Shown here: one piece after another, positions 1-8,769 of the stretch
Layout of the letters: each line of letters starts with the position of its first letter
Numbering within the stretch: position 1 is the first letter of the stretch
Source: Oscillospiraceae bacterium
GTDB taxonomy: Bacteria; Bacillota; Clostridia; Oscillospirales; CAG-272
DNA: 64,000 nucleotides
Assembly (NCBI GenBank): GCA_015063535.1
Contig: SVTY01000004.1
Location: forward strand, 58,343-122,342
Reading direction: 5' to 3'
Made by a program: the position numbers and the translations under genes
Notes under the pieces: model-generated
What the model was told of the DNA's origin: nothing
Database searches by the model: none
What the model saw: the letters and a program-made list of their open reading frames with translations, nothing else

Positions 1-1
1 G

Positions 2-178
2 GAGCTGATGCTGGCGAAAGGCATGGACAGCAGAGATCTGGCAGAGCGGATCGGAATCAGTGCGCCGATGATGAGCTACATCATCCGCAATCTGAGGGAT
101 ACGAATGTGACGACGCTGGTGCGGATCGCACGGATCTTAGAGGTACCCGTAGACGAGCTGATCGTAAAGGAAGGATGA
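2..178 (+). CDS. XRE/Cro-like HTH regulator (5' truncated by window edge)
   Basis: Manual translation ELMLAKGMDSRDLAERIGISAPMMSYIIRNLRDTNVTTLVRIARILEVPVDELI; typical HTH_3 pattern; TGA at 176-178. Confidence 0.8.
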   Translation, partial: ELMLAKGMDSRDLAERIGISAPMMSYIIRNLRDTNVTTLVRIARILEVPVDELIVKEG

Positions 179-191
179 AAGGAGAAAAGTC

Positions 192-338
192 ATGACAAAA
201 ATGACAGTAGAAATAGAAGCAGCGGAGGGCTGCGTGTTGGACGTAGAGAAAATCAAGGACTATCTTGCGGATATTTTCAGAATGGAAGGCGTAGACGGTG
301 TAAAAATTATAGGAAAACAAGAAGGAGAGGACGAATGA
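192..338 (+). CDS. Small phage hypothetical protein (48 aa)
   Basis: RBS aaggag upstream; MTKMTVEIEAAEGCVLDVEKIKDYLADIFRMEGVDGVKIIGKQEGEDE; ATGA overlap with the next gene. Confidence 0.65.
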   Translation: MTKMTVEIEAAEGCVLDVEKIKDYLADIFRMEGVDGVKIIGKQEGEDE

Positions 339-691
339 AAAGCAAATGGATGGTGCTCACCAATTATTTCGGAAACGAGGAGCGATATATCGTATATCGA
401 CTTCTGAATGAGAAGGATGTGATGCACGCAGGCAATGTGGAGACCCACGGTCGATATATGTTCGACCGAAACGAAGCCAAGAGCTTGGCAGATAAGCTGA
501 ATCGAATCGAACAATTGAGGAGCTTTCGGCAAGCCAAGGGGCTGACAAAGCCGGAGATGGCAGATCGACTCGGTGTAACGCTTTCTCTGTATGAAAAGGT
601 GGAAGGAGGGCATGCGGGCGTGTCGGCGAAATTTATGCGCAAAATGAAAAGCGTTTTTCCCGAGGTGAATATTGATAAAATGTTCTTTTAG
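335..691 (+). CDS. Protein with C-terminal XRE HTH
   Basis: LRSFRQAKGLTKPEMADRLGVTLSLYEKVEGG; RBS ggagagg. Confidence 0.8.
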   Translation: MKSKWMVLTNYFGNEERYIVYRLLNEKDVMHAGNVETHGRYMFDRNEAKSLADKLNRIEQLRSFRQAKGLTKPEMADRLGVTLSLYEKVEGGHAGVSAKFMRKMKSVFPEVNIDKMFF

Positions 692-765
692 GGGAAAGCT
701 GTTGGTTGTAGGACAAGTTCGGACAAACATATACTTCAATATCAAAAGAAAGAGAGGGAGACCGT

Positions 766-927
766 ATGGGAAGAAACACAAGAGAACCGAAGATCACGTT
801 TGTCAATCAGCCGGATCCGAAGTACATATGGGAGGTGCTTTGCGATCTGCTGAATCGGCAGGATCCGGAGTATGAATATCGCTTGGTACCGAGGGACAGC
901 AAAAAGAAAGAAAAGCAAGACGGATAA
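766..927 (+). CDS. Small phage hypothetical protein (53 aa)
   Basis: RBS gagggag; MGRNTREPKITFVNQPDPKYIWEVLCDLLNRQDPEYEYRLVPRDSKKKEKQDG. Confidence 0.6.
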   Translation: MGRNTREPKITFVNQPDPKYIWEVLCDLLNRQDPEYEYRLVPRDSKKKEKQDG

Positions 928-961
928 GAATAGCTTATCAATCAATAAGGAGGAACATCAA

Positions 962-1288
962 ATGATGACGGAAAAAAGAAGGGAAGAACGCAGACTGGAG
1001 CTCATTGATGAGCTGAGAGAAGAGTTGGAGGTATCAGACGGCGAGCTGGAGCGCATCGTTGACCGTTTGGTTGACTCGGAGTACCGCAAAGAGAGGCACG
1101 GGGCGTGGATCTTTGACGATCACTATACGTCGCACAAATATGTGCGTTGGGTCTGCTCCGCATGTACGCATTGGCAGTCGGCGCAGAGGCATATCATGTC
1201 CGAGCAGATCTTCTATATGAATTACTGCCCGTTCTGCGGCTCACAGATGGACAAGCCGGAGAGAAAGACATCGGAGGACTCGCTATGA
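962..1288 (+). CDS. Phage protein with C-terminal zinc ribbon
   Basis: RBS aaggagg; CSAC...YCPFCG motif typical of Firmicute phage early proteins. Confidence 0.75.
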   Translation: MMTEKRREERRLELIDELREELEVSDGELERIVDRLVDSEYRKERHGAWIFDDHYTSHKYVRWVCSACTHWQSAQRHIMSEQIFYMNYCPFCGSQMDKPERKTSEDSL

Positions 1289-1440
1289 CAGAGATGCTTG
1301 GCGGATTGATCCTTGGCGCCATTTTGGTCGTATTGATTGCGACCTTGGTACATAGCTGGATCGAGGACGGAGAAGAGAACGGCATTGTGGATCTGCGGGA
1401 GCCCGAGGATGCGGAGTGGGATGATGAAGAAGAGGAATAA
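1285..1440 (+). CDS. Small single-TM membrane protein with acidic tail
   Basis: RBS ggagg; ATGA overlap; MTEMLGGLILGAILVVLIATLVHSW followed by a D/E-rich tail. Confidence 0.65.
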   Translation: MTEMLGGLILGAILVVLIATLVHSWIEDGEENGIVDLREPEDAEWDDEEEE

Positions 1441-1510
1441 AGGAAAAGGCATCAGGAAGCCTGCCAGCTTTCTGATGCCGATGGGTACGGTTGCACACCA
1501 CGTAACCTGT
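1440..1510 (-). ncRNA. Candidate phage antisense small RNA (~70 nt) ending in an intrinsic terminator
   Basis: Lies downstream of the minus-strand promoter at 1515-1543; ends in the stem ggcatcagaaagc/gcttcctgatgcc plus ttttccttt. Confidence 0.5.
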
Positions 1511-1514
1511 CCTT

Positions 1515-1543
1515 ATTCTATCACAAAAACAAAGTTTTGTCAA
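1515..1543 (-). promoter_or_regulatory. Sigma-A promoter, antisense to the early operon
   Basis: Minus strand TTGACA (1543-1538), 17 bp spacer, TGaTAGAAT (-10 at 1520-1515). Confidence 0.7.
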
Positions 1544-1560
1544 GAAGGAAGGAGAAATTT

Positions 1561-1776
1561 ATGCAATACAAAATGGACGGCTACTACAAAAATGATGTAG
1601 CGTGTGTATACGGCTACGACAGCAAGGGGCATAAGGTGATGATCTACAAGGGATATTTCAACTACAAAAACAATACGGTAACGCTGTATCCCTTTTCCCG
1701 TCTGGCGCCGACCTCCGATCCCATTGCGAAGGTGACCATCCCCATGGCGAAGCTGCAACGGGAGGGCGTTCGGTAG
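1561..1776 (+). CDS. Phage hypothetical protein (71 aa)
   Basis: RBS aaggag, ATG at 1561. Confidence 0.7.
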   Translation: MQYKMDGYYKNDVACVYGYDSKGHKVMIYKGYFNYKNNTVTLYPFSRLAPTSDPIAKVTIPMAKLQREGVR

Positions 1777-1905
1777 AACGCTCTCCCTCTGACAAGTGCA
1801 TGTACCGAAGGGTATATTTTCGGTCTTGTATTGTATCGTATCAAATCAACGAGATTGTTTGACAAAGACGTGAAAAGAAAAGGATTTTTGAGAAAGGAAT
1901 TTTTT

Positions 1906-2331
1906 ATGAAGGAGACACAATCACACGGAGGGCAACCGCAGGGGGGAGGTCCGTCCTGTCCTGTCCGTCCCGCATTTGGGGAGAAGCAGGCAGAAATACG
2001 GGAGAGGATGCAGCTGGGCACTTTTTCCCTTCGGGACAGAGCCTTAGCGGCGGAGCTTTGCTCGGTGATCGCCGAGGTATATACGTTGGCAGAGAGCGGA
2101 GAAGGAATGGTACGCATAGAGGGGATACCGATCCCCTTCGGATTGGTCAGGGATATCTATGAGTTTCTCACACCCGCCCATCTGGAGCATGTGATCGGAC
2201 GGTATCGGCAGGTGGTGATCCCCATTCGCAATCCCAAGGCGTATCTGCGAACGGCACTGTACAATGCGGTGTTCGAGCTGGAGCACAGTGAGGAGAACGA
2301 ATTTCAAAGCGACGGAGGGAGCGGGCGATGA
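1906..2331 (+). CDS. Replication-associated protein, DUF6017-like (resembles RepA_N-family C-terminal region)
   Basis: C-terminal HLEHVI...IRNPKAYLRTALYNA pattern; RBS aaagga. Confidence 0.55.
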   Translation: MKETQSHGGQPQGGGPSCPVRPAFGEKQAEIRERMQLGTFSLRDRALAAELCSVIAEVYTLAESGEGMVRIEGIPIPFGLVRDIYEFLTPAHLEHVIGRYRQVVIPIRNPKAYLRTALYNAVFELEHSEENEFQSDGGSGR

Positions 2332-3218
2332 TCCGAGAACAGCACATCAAGTCGGGCAAGCTGCTGGAGGTGAAATTTTACCCGGTCTTTTCCGACGGTA
2401 CTCCCATCCCGAGGGGACCGAAGAAAAAGCTTTCGACCAAGGCGCAGAAGGACTACAACGACCGACAGGCGATCAAATCCTTCGTTCGCCTGGTCAATGC
2501 CAATTTCGGAGAGAGCGATCTGCTGGCGCATCTGACCTACACGGTGGGACAAGCTCCCGAGACAGAGGCAGAGGCACGGCGGGATATGGCAAATTACATA
2601 CGCAGGATCAAGACCTTGCGGGCATCGCATCTGAAGCGGGTGGAGGAAAAGCTGAAGAGGACGCCGAAGGATGAGGGGCTGAGGGCGCAAAGGAAATACC
2701 TGAGCGCCCCTTTTAAATACGCATACGGCGTGGAGACGGTGGAGTATAAGAGCGGAGCCAAGAAGGGACAGCGGAACTTTCACTTTCACCTGTTCATGAC
2801 AGGTTGGGGCGGACGGGATCGAGACGAAGCAGAGAAGCTGTGGACGAAGGGAGAGCGGTGCAACTGCGACCGCTTCCGTCCCCGCACGTTTGGCCCAGAG
2901 GCGGCGGCAAAGTATGTGGCGAAATCCCCGGCAGGGGTACGTCGCTTTTCCTGCTCCAAGAATTTGGACAAGCCTGTGGCCGAGCCTCCCAAGGACGGCA
3001 AGGTCTCGGTAAGAGAGGTGGAGCGGATGGTGAAGCAGAGAAGCGAGGATCGGAGCTATTGGGAGCGGCGTCACGGTGGCTATGAATTTCTCGGCTTCGA
3101 AAAGCCACCCGAGGAGTGCTATAACGAGTACAACGGCTATTACTATCTAACCGTCAAGCTCTACAAAAAGGACAAGCCGCCGAACCGAAACAAGACAGAA
3201 ATCAAGCGGCACAGATAG
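2328..3218 (+). CDS. HUH-superfamily rolling-circle-type replication initiator
   Basis: Motif I-like LAHLTY, motif II HUH NFHFHLFM and motif III AKYVAK (YxxK) in canonical order. Confidence 0.7.
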   Translation: MIREQHIKSGKLLEVKFYPVFSDGTPIPRGPKKKLSTKAQKDYNDRQAIKSFVRLVNANFGESDLLAHLTYTVGQAPETEAEARRDMANYIRRIKTLRASHLKRVEEKLKRTPKDEGLRAQRKYLSAPFKYAYGVETVEYKSGAKKGQRNFHFHLFMTGWGGRDRDEAEKLWTKGERCNCDRFRPRTFGPEAAAKYVAKSPAGVRRFSCSKNLDKPVAEPPKDGKVSVREVERMVKQRSEDRSYWERRHGGYEFLGFEKPPEECYNEYNGYYYLTVKLYKKDKPPNRNKTEIKRHR

Positions 3219-3276
3219 GAAACGCACGGAAGAAAAGTTTTATACCACAAGCCTTTTGAAATATAGGGAAAACCCC

Positions 3277-3305
3277 TTGTATTTTCCCGACAAACGTGCT
3301 AAAGT
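3277..3305 (+). promoter_or_regulatory. Candidate late-operon promoter
   Basis: TTGTAT (3277-3282), 17 bp, TGcTAAAGT (3300-3305), upstream of the terminase genes. Confidence 0.4.
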
Positions 3306-3396
3306 GTAGGTAACAAAAGCAATCGTCGAAGCTCGACGGAAAAACGCACAGGCGGAGGCGCACGTGCGTGCGGAAGGGAAAACAGAGAGGGAAAGC

Positions 3397-3888
3397 ATGG
3401 CAAGAGGGCAGAAATACAGCGAGGAGATCCGAGAGAGGGCGTTTGCGCTGATAGCGGCGGGAGAAAGCTGTTCTGCCGTTGCCCGAACGCTGGGGATCCC
3501 GAGAACAACGCTGAAGGGCTGGCAGGACAGTCAGAGCACCGAGGAAAAGGAAAGTCGGGAGGAGCTGCACCGCCGCCACAAGGAGCGGTTTGCGGAGGAT
3601 GCATGGCAGACCATTCATTTCGGCAACGAGATCCTGACACGGAGATTTGAGCGTGCCGCCCGCAATGAGCGGGAGATGGATCGTCTGCTGGAGGCATTCC
3701 TGGCAAGCGCAGAGACGCTCAGCGCCGAACAGCTCAAGGCTCTGCTGAAAAAATTCGGCGAGCTTCAGCTGATGGACGTGGGTAAGGTCGCCGTGGTGAT
3801 GGGAACGCTCTACGATAAGCAAGCGCTGATCGCCAAGGAAGCCACTGCCAGAGTGGAGCTTGCCGAGCTGAAATTCGAGGAGCTGTGA
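3397..3888 (+). CDS. Terminase small subunit-like HTH protein
   Basis: N-terminal HTH (YSEEIRERAFALIAAGESCSAVARTLGIPRTTLKGW); immediately upstream of terL with TGATG overlap. Confidence 0.7.
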   Translation: MARGQKYSEEIRERAFALIAAGESCSAVARTLGIPRTTLKGWQDSQSTEEKESREELHRRHKERFAEDAWQTIHFGNEILTRRFERAARNEREMDRLLEAFLASAETLSAEQLKALLKKFGELQLMDVGKVAVVMGTLYDKQALIAKEATARVELAELKFEEL

Positions 3889-5690
3889 TGGCACTGACGT
3901 TGGAAGAGATCGTTGCCAAGCGGAAGGATCGATGGGAGAGCCTGCGGGATATCGAATACGACCGACGGCTGACCCGTGCGGCAGTAAAGGAAATTCTGCA
4001 AAATAAGGAGCTTCGGGATATCGTTACCCGCAAGCCCTATCTGCTCATTGAGGTTGCCTTCAGCGTGGTGGATAAGGAAAAGCATACGGTACCGTTTTTT
4101 CTCAACGAGGTACAACGGGATTTTCTTGCCGAGCTGGAGCAAAGAGGGACGGACAAGCCGTACTTTATCCTGAAGGGACGGCAACAGGGCTTTACCACTC
4201 TGATCACCGCCATACAGCTTGCCTGTTCGGTGGTACAAAAGAATTTTTCGGGCTTTACGATTGCCCATCGGAGGGACAGCACCAAGGCGATCTTCAATGA
4301 CAGGGCGCGGGTGGTGTATCAACGCCTGCCCGATCAGCTGAAGCCACATGAGAAATACAATTCGGCGGACGAGCTGTTCTTCGACCGTCTCAATTCCTCA
4401 TGGCGGGTCGAGACGGCATCGGAGGATGTGGCAAGAGGGATGACCCTGAATTTCGTCCACCTGTCCGAGGCGGCATTTTACAGCTGTGATTTTTCCCTCT
4501 TGCAGGCATCGGTGGGTGAGGCGGCGGCAGCGGGAGCGGCGGTGATCTACGAAACGACGGCGAACGGCTTCAACCATGCCAAGGAGCTGTGGGATAGCGG
4601 CGCCTGTCATACGCTGTTTTACGGCTGGTGGCGGACGGCGGAATACCGCAGACAAGATGCGCCTCCTGCCGAGGCGGTCGATGGGTGGCTTGCCGAGAGA
4701 CTGCGGCTTCTTGCCGAGCGGGGGCTGGATGAGGCGCAACGGAATTGGTATGCGCACAAGTACGCCTCGTATCTCGATAAAAGTCTGATACGGCAGGAAT
4801 ATCCCTGTACGCCGGAGGAAGCCTTCCTTTCGGGCGGAGAGTGTATTTTCGACAAGGAGGCGATCCAGTCTTGGCTTCTGCGGCTGGAGCAAAAGCCGAA
4901 GGGGCGGACGGGATATTTTACTTACAAGAAAACGGGCAGGGAGATCCGCAATTCGGCGGGCGAGACGGTGGATGTGGAATGGAGCCTGACCGATATCGCC
5001 TTTGTTGAGGACAAAAACGGATATATCACCCTGCATGAGGAGCCCCGTATCAAGAAAAACGGAGAGGGGCAGACGGTCGCACTGGCACCGTATACCCTTG
5101 GCGGCGATACGGCGGGGAGCGGTACCGACTATTTTACGGGCAAGGTGGTGTGCAGTCTCGACCGCAAAACGGCGGCAACGCTCCGTAAGCAACGGATGGA
5201 TGAGGATCTGTATGCCGAGCAGATGTACTGTCTCGGCAAGTACTACCACGATGCCCTCATCGGAATCGAGACCAATTACAGCCGTCAGCCCACCCGCCTG
5301 CTGGCATCGGTCTACCGCTATCCCCATCTGTATCTGAGGGAGCGGTTAGATCGGCTGTGCGAAACAGTAGAGCAGGTACCTGGCTTTGAGACGACCGCCA
5401 AAACAAAGCCCGTCATTATCGGGGAATTGGTCGCCGAAATGCGGGAGGATGTAACCCTTGAGTGTGACAGGGAGACCCTGAAGGAAATGACGGTCTTTGT
5501 CAAGAAGGACAACGGCCGCATGGAGGCGGTTCAGGGCATGCACGACGATCTTGTGATGGCGCTTGCCATTGCGCATTTTATCGGAACGCAGCAGAGACGG
5601 ACATGGATCCCCGCCGATACGGGAGAGAAGGATTTTATTACCCGCAATTTCTCGGAAGACGGCGACTCGGATGCCTTTATTACGTGGTAA
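3888..5690 (+). CDS. terL: Terminase large subunit
   Basis: Walker A ILKGRQQGFTT, Walker B VHLSEAAF, coupling motif ETTANG, nuclease motif HDDLVMALAIA. Confidence 0.95.
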   Translation: MALTLEEIVAKRKDRWESLRDIEYDRRLTRAAVKEILQNKELRDIVTRKPYLLIEVAFSVVDKEKHTVPFFLNEVQRDFLAELEQRGTDKPYFILKGRQQGFTTLITAIQLACSVVQKNFSGFTIAHRRDSTKAIFNDRARVVYQRLPDQLKPHEKYNSADELFFDRLNSSWRVETASEDVARGMTLNFVHLSEAAFYSCDFSLLQASVGEAAAAGAAVIYETTANGFNHAKELWDSGACHTLFYGWWRTAEYRRQDAPPAEAVDGWLAERLRLLAERGLDEAQRNWYAHKYASYLDKSLIRQEYPCTPEEAFLSGGECIFDKEAIQSWLLRLEQKPKGRTGYFTYKKTGREIRNSAGETVDVEWSLTDIAFVEDKNGYITLHEEPRIKKNGEGQTVALAPYTLGGDTAGSGTDYFTGKVVCSLDRKTAATLRKQRMDEDLYAEQMYCLGKYYHDALIGIETNYSRQPTRLLASVYRYPHLYLRERLDRLCETVEQVPGFETTAKTKPVIIGELVAEMREDVTLECDRETLKEMTVFVKKDNGRMEAVQGMHDDLVMALAIAHFIGTQQRRTWIPADTGEKDFITRNFSEDGDSDAFITW

Positions 5691-5710
5691 AACAGGAAGC
5701 AGGAGAGGAT

Positions 5711-5905
5711 ATGAGAAGAAAAAAGCGGATCGAGCTGTTGGAGGAGAGGGTCAGTGAGCTGGAGGTCCTTTTGGATGAGCTGGACGAACGCATCGACCGA
5801 TTGAAGCAACAGCCGAACAAAGAAGAAGGAGCCAAGGGAGAGGGCGTGTCTACCTCCCGACTGCTCAGCGAATGGCTCAACGGAGAGGAGGGAGCTCATG
5901 GATGA
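5711..5905 (+). CDS. Small coiled-coil phage protein
   Basis: RBS aggagagg; heptad pattern IELLEERVSELEVLLDELDERIDRL; lies between terL and portal. Confidence 0.7.
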   Translation: MRRKKRIELLEERVSELEVLLDELDERIDRLKQQPNKEEGAKGEGVSTSRLLSEWLNGEEGAHG

Positions 5906-7811
5906 AAGACAGGTCACGCAGCTGTGGGAGGATTATGAGAACGGTCTGAAGTATCAGAGTGCCATGGGGCTGGGGAGCAAGCTACCGCAGTTCGTGCGCT
6001 TCTATGAGGGGGATCAGTGGCCGCCTCCCACCAAGAATACCAAGAATCTGCCGCGCCCCGTGATCAATCTGATCAAAATGATCTGCCGCTCCAAAAAGAG
6101 CGCCATTCTGTCTACGCCCGTGAAACTGGTCTACACGGCAGAGGACGAAAACGCCGACACGGAACGCTTCAATCGGTTTGCCGAGTATATCGGCAAGGAG
6201 CTGGGGCAGGAGGGGCTTGACAAGCAAGCCATCCATGACGGCGTTATCAAAGGCTCTTACTTCTATCACTACTACTGGGATGCCGAGGCAAGAGGAAAGG
6301 ACGGTGCGCGGGAGGGCGCCTTGCGGGGCGAGATCATCGACCCGCTGAATATCTTTTTTGCCAATCCCAAGGAACGGGACGAGCAAAAGCAGAAATGGAT
6401 CCTCATCCGTTCGAGAGAGGAGGTTTCCTCTGTACGGAAAAGCATGGACGAGGGACTGGATGCCGAATCGATCTGTGCCGATGAATCCGAGGAGCGATAC
6501 GGTGCCGTGGAGCAGGAAGGGGACAAGCTGTGTACCGTTCTGACTAAGTATTTCCGTCGGGACGGAGAGGTCTTTTGCGAAAAAGCGACCCGCTATGCGG
6601 TAGTCAACCGTCCCTTTCCCATCGCACCCGATATCGAGGCGGCATGGCGGGAGCTGGACGGAGAGGATGCTCCCAACAACAGCCTGCCCGACACTCCGAA
6701 AAAGCCCTCTGTGCGGACAGAAACGCTCAAGGCCCCTTTGTATCCCATTGTGGCGGGAAGCTATGAGCCGAGAAACAATTCGATCTATGGGCTTGGTGAG
6801 GTCGAGGGGCTGATCCCCAATCAGAAATCGGTCAATTTTCTGTTTGCCATGTCTCTGCTCAATGCACAGGAGACGGCGTGGGGCAAATATGTCGTGCATC
6901 CGCAGGCACTGGGCGAGCAGGTCATTACCAACGAGCCGGGACAGGTGCTGGTGGATCACAGCAAGACGGGAAGCGGCATCCGCAAGATGACCGAGCAGAC
7001 CATGCAATCCTTTCCCATTCAGCTGGCAGATACGCTGACGCAGATGACACGATCGGTCACGGGAGCAGGGGAGATCATGACGGGAGAGACCGTGGGAGGC
7101 AATCTGTCGGGCGCCGCCATCGCCCAGCTTCAGGCACAGGCGAGGATCCCTACCGAGGAGCTGAAGGAAGCCTTTTGGCTGGTGAAGGAAAAGCAGGGGA
7201 AGGTCTTGGCGCAGTTCTTCAAGCTGTTCTATCAAAATAAGCGGTTCAGCTACACGGTAGAGGCACCGATCGAACACCAAGAGGCGGGTGATGTATCGCC
7301 CGCCCCGGGAACCGATCCGGGAGCGGTCAGACAGAGCGATGTCTTTCACGGTGCCGAGTATTTGGGTACCGAGTTTGATGTGGTGGTGGAGACGACGGGC
7401 GGAACCAAGTCGGGCGCCGCAGGGGATATTACCGTGCTGGACGCCCTCTTTGCCAAGGGCGCCATAACCCTGAAGACCTATCTGAATGCCTACCCCAAGG
7501 ATGCGCTGTCCAATAAGACCGAGCTGATGCGGGGGATCGAGGCGCAGGAGCAGGAGGCTCTTCGTCAGCTGACGGCACAGAATGAACAGCTGACCGAGCA
7601 GAATCGGCAATATGTGGCACTGATCGAAAAGCAGAATGAGAGCGTGGAGGATGTCAACCGCATTATTCGGGAAAATATGGAGCTGAAGGAGCTTCTGGCA
7701 CGCCTCAGAGCAGAGGCAGAGGATAAGATCCGAGCGGGCAATACCGCACTGATGCAGACCACAGCCGATGCACGAGAATTTGCTCAGACATTGGTAGCGA
7801 GACAGCAATGA
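5898..7811 (+). CDS. Portal protein (P22-like, C-terminal coiled coil)
   Basis: RFYEGDQW...PRPVINLIK N-terminus, SGAAIAQLQ motif, long C-terminal coiled coil; position after terL. Confidence 0.88.
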   Translation: MDERQVTQLWEDYENGLKYQSAMGLGSKLPQFVRFYEGDQWPPPTKNTKNLPRPVINLIKMICRSKKSAILSTPVKLVYTAEDENADTERFNRFAEYIGKELGQEGLDKQAIHDGVIKGSYFYHYYWDAEARGKDGAREGALRGEIIDPLNIFFANPKERDEQKQKWILIRSREEVSSVRKSMDEGLDAESICADESEERYGAVEQEGDKLCTVLTKYFRRDGEVFCEKATRYAVVNRPFPIAPDIEAAWRELDGEDAPNNSLPDTPKKPSVRTETLKAPLYPIVAGSYEPRNNSIYGLGEVEGLIPNQKSVNFLFAMSLLNAQETAWGKYVVHPQALGEQVITNEPGQVLVDHSKTGSGIRKMTEQTMQSFPIQLADTLTQMTRSVTGAGEIMTGETVGGNLSGAAIAQLQAQARIPTEELKEAFWLVKEKQGKVLAQFFKLFYQNKRFSYTVEAPIEHQEAGDVSPAPGTDPGAVRQSDVFHGAEYLGTEFDVVVETTGGTKSGAAGDITVLDALFAKGAITLKTYLNAYPKDALSNKTELMRGIEAQEQEALRQLTAQNEQLTEQNRQYVALIEKQNESVEDVNRIIRENMELKELLARLRAEAEDKIRAGNTALMQTTADAREFAQTLVARQQ

Positions 7812-7935
7812 TAAAGTTTTTGAAGGTTCTCAGGAAACGTTTTTCAAAAAGGTTCCTGAGCGGGGATCGGGGCAGCGCCCCGATTCATACATACTACGCA
7901 GGAAGAGCGCAAAAATCCGAGAAAGGAAGAGTTCA

Positions 7936-8751
7936 ATGGAGAACGAAACAATGACAGCGCAAACAAGCGACCTCTCCGAGGGGAGAGGCATCGTGGGAAA
8001 CGAGGTCGCTGACGTTTCCAAGCAAGCGGAAGGAGAAGAGGCAGAAGCTGTCTTTTCCGAGACCAATCCTCCCGAATCGGGAGAAAAACAGCCCCAAAGT
8101 GCTGCGACCAATGCCGAATATGCGCAGCGGCGTCGGGCGGCGGAGCAAAGACGGGCAGAGCGAGAGCAGCAGACTCTTGACAGAGAGCGTCGGGCGGCAA
8201 GGGAAGCCGCTATCCTTGAGGTATTGGATCATATCAATCCCTATACCGGTGAGGAGATGAAGGATGCTCGGGACATTGAAGAGTATCTGACCATGAAGGA
8301 GATCGACCGAGGCGGAGGTGATCCGCTTGGCGACTTTTCCAGATTTCAGAAGAAACGTCAGCGAGAGCAGGAACGTACCGAGGAAGAGGAGCGAAAGCAG
8401 GCAGAATGGTACCGTACCGACAGGGAACGGTTTTTGACCAAATACCCGGAGGTAGACATAGAGGAGCTGATCGGGGATGAGGCGTTCCGATCCTTTGCCG
8501 AAGGCAAAACGGGAGAGCGACCCTTGACAGAGATCTATGAGGGCTATCTGTCCTTGCTTGAGGGACGGGACCGACAGGCCCGTCACATGGCGGCACATAT
8601 GCTCGCCAACAAGAAAGCCTCCCCGGGCGCCCTGTCCCATTCCAACGGCGGAGAGAACGAATTCTTTTCGGCGGAGGATGTGCGGAAAATGAGCGCAGGG
8701 GATGTACACAAAAACTACGATAAGATCATGAGATCTATGAAAAACTGGTAA
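7936..8751 (+). CDS. Capsid scaffolding protein
   Basis: Acidic N-terminus, E/R-rich coiled coil, C-terminal FSAEDVRKMS...SMKNW; between portal and capsid. Confidence 0.75.
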   Translation: MENETMTAQTSDLSEGRGIVGNEVADVSKQAEGEEAEAVFSETNPPESGEKQPQSAATNAEYAQRRRAAEQRRAEREQQTLDRERRAAREAAILEVLDHINPYTGEEMKDARDIEEYLTMKEIDRGGGDPLGDFSRFQKKRQREQERTEEEERKQAEWYRTDRERFLTKYPEVDIEELIGDEAFRSFAEGKTGERPLTEIYEGYLSLLEGRDRQARHMAAHMLANKKASPGALSHSNGGENEFFSAEDVRKMSAGDVHKNYDKIMRSMKNW

Positions 8752-8769
8752 ACAGGAAAGGAGAAACGA

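Noticed and set aside
711-735. Sporulation sigma-K promoter in the phage early region (GGACA...CATATACT)
   Set aside because: Spacer is only 12 bp, shorter than expected; the ggacaa direct repeat could be an operator or chance.
3397-3888. IS3-family transposase OrfA
   Set aside because: HTH similarity only; no DDE OrfB or terminal repeats, and it is translationally coupled to terL.
5982-7808. Long opposite-strand ORFs (also 8773-10083, 43140-45092, 55755-57647)
   Set aside because: Shadow ORFs of well-supported genes in GC-rich DNA; no motifs or convincing RBS.
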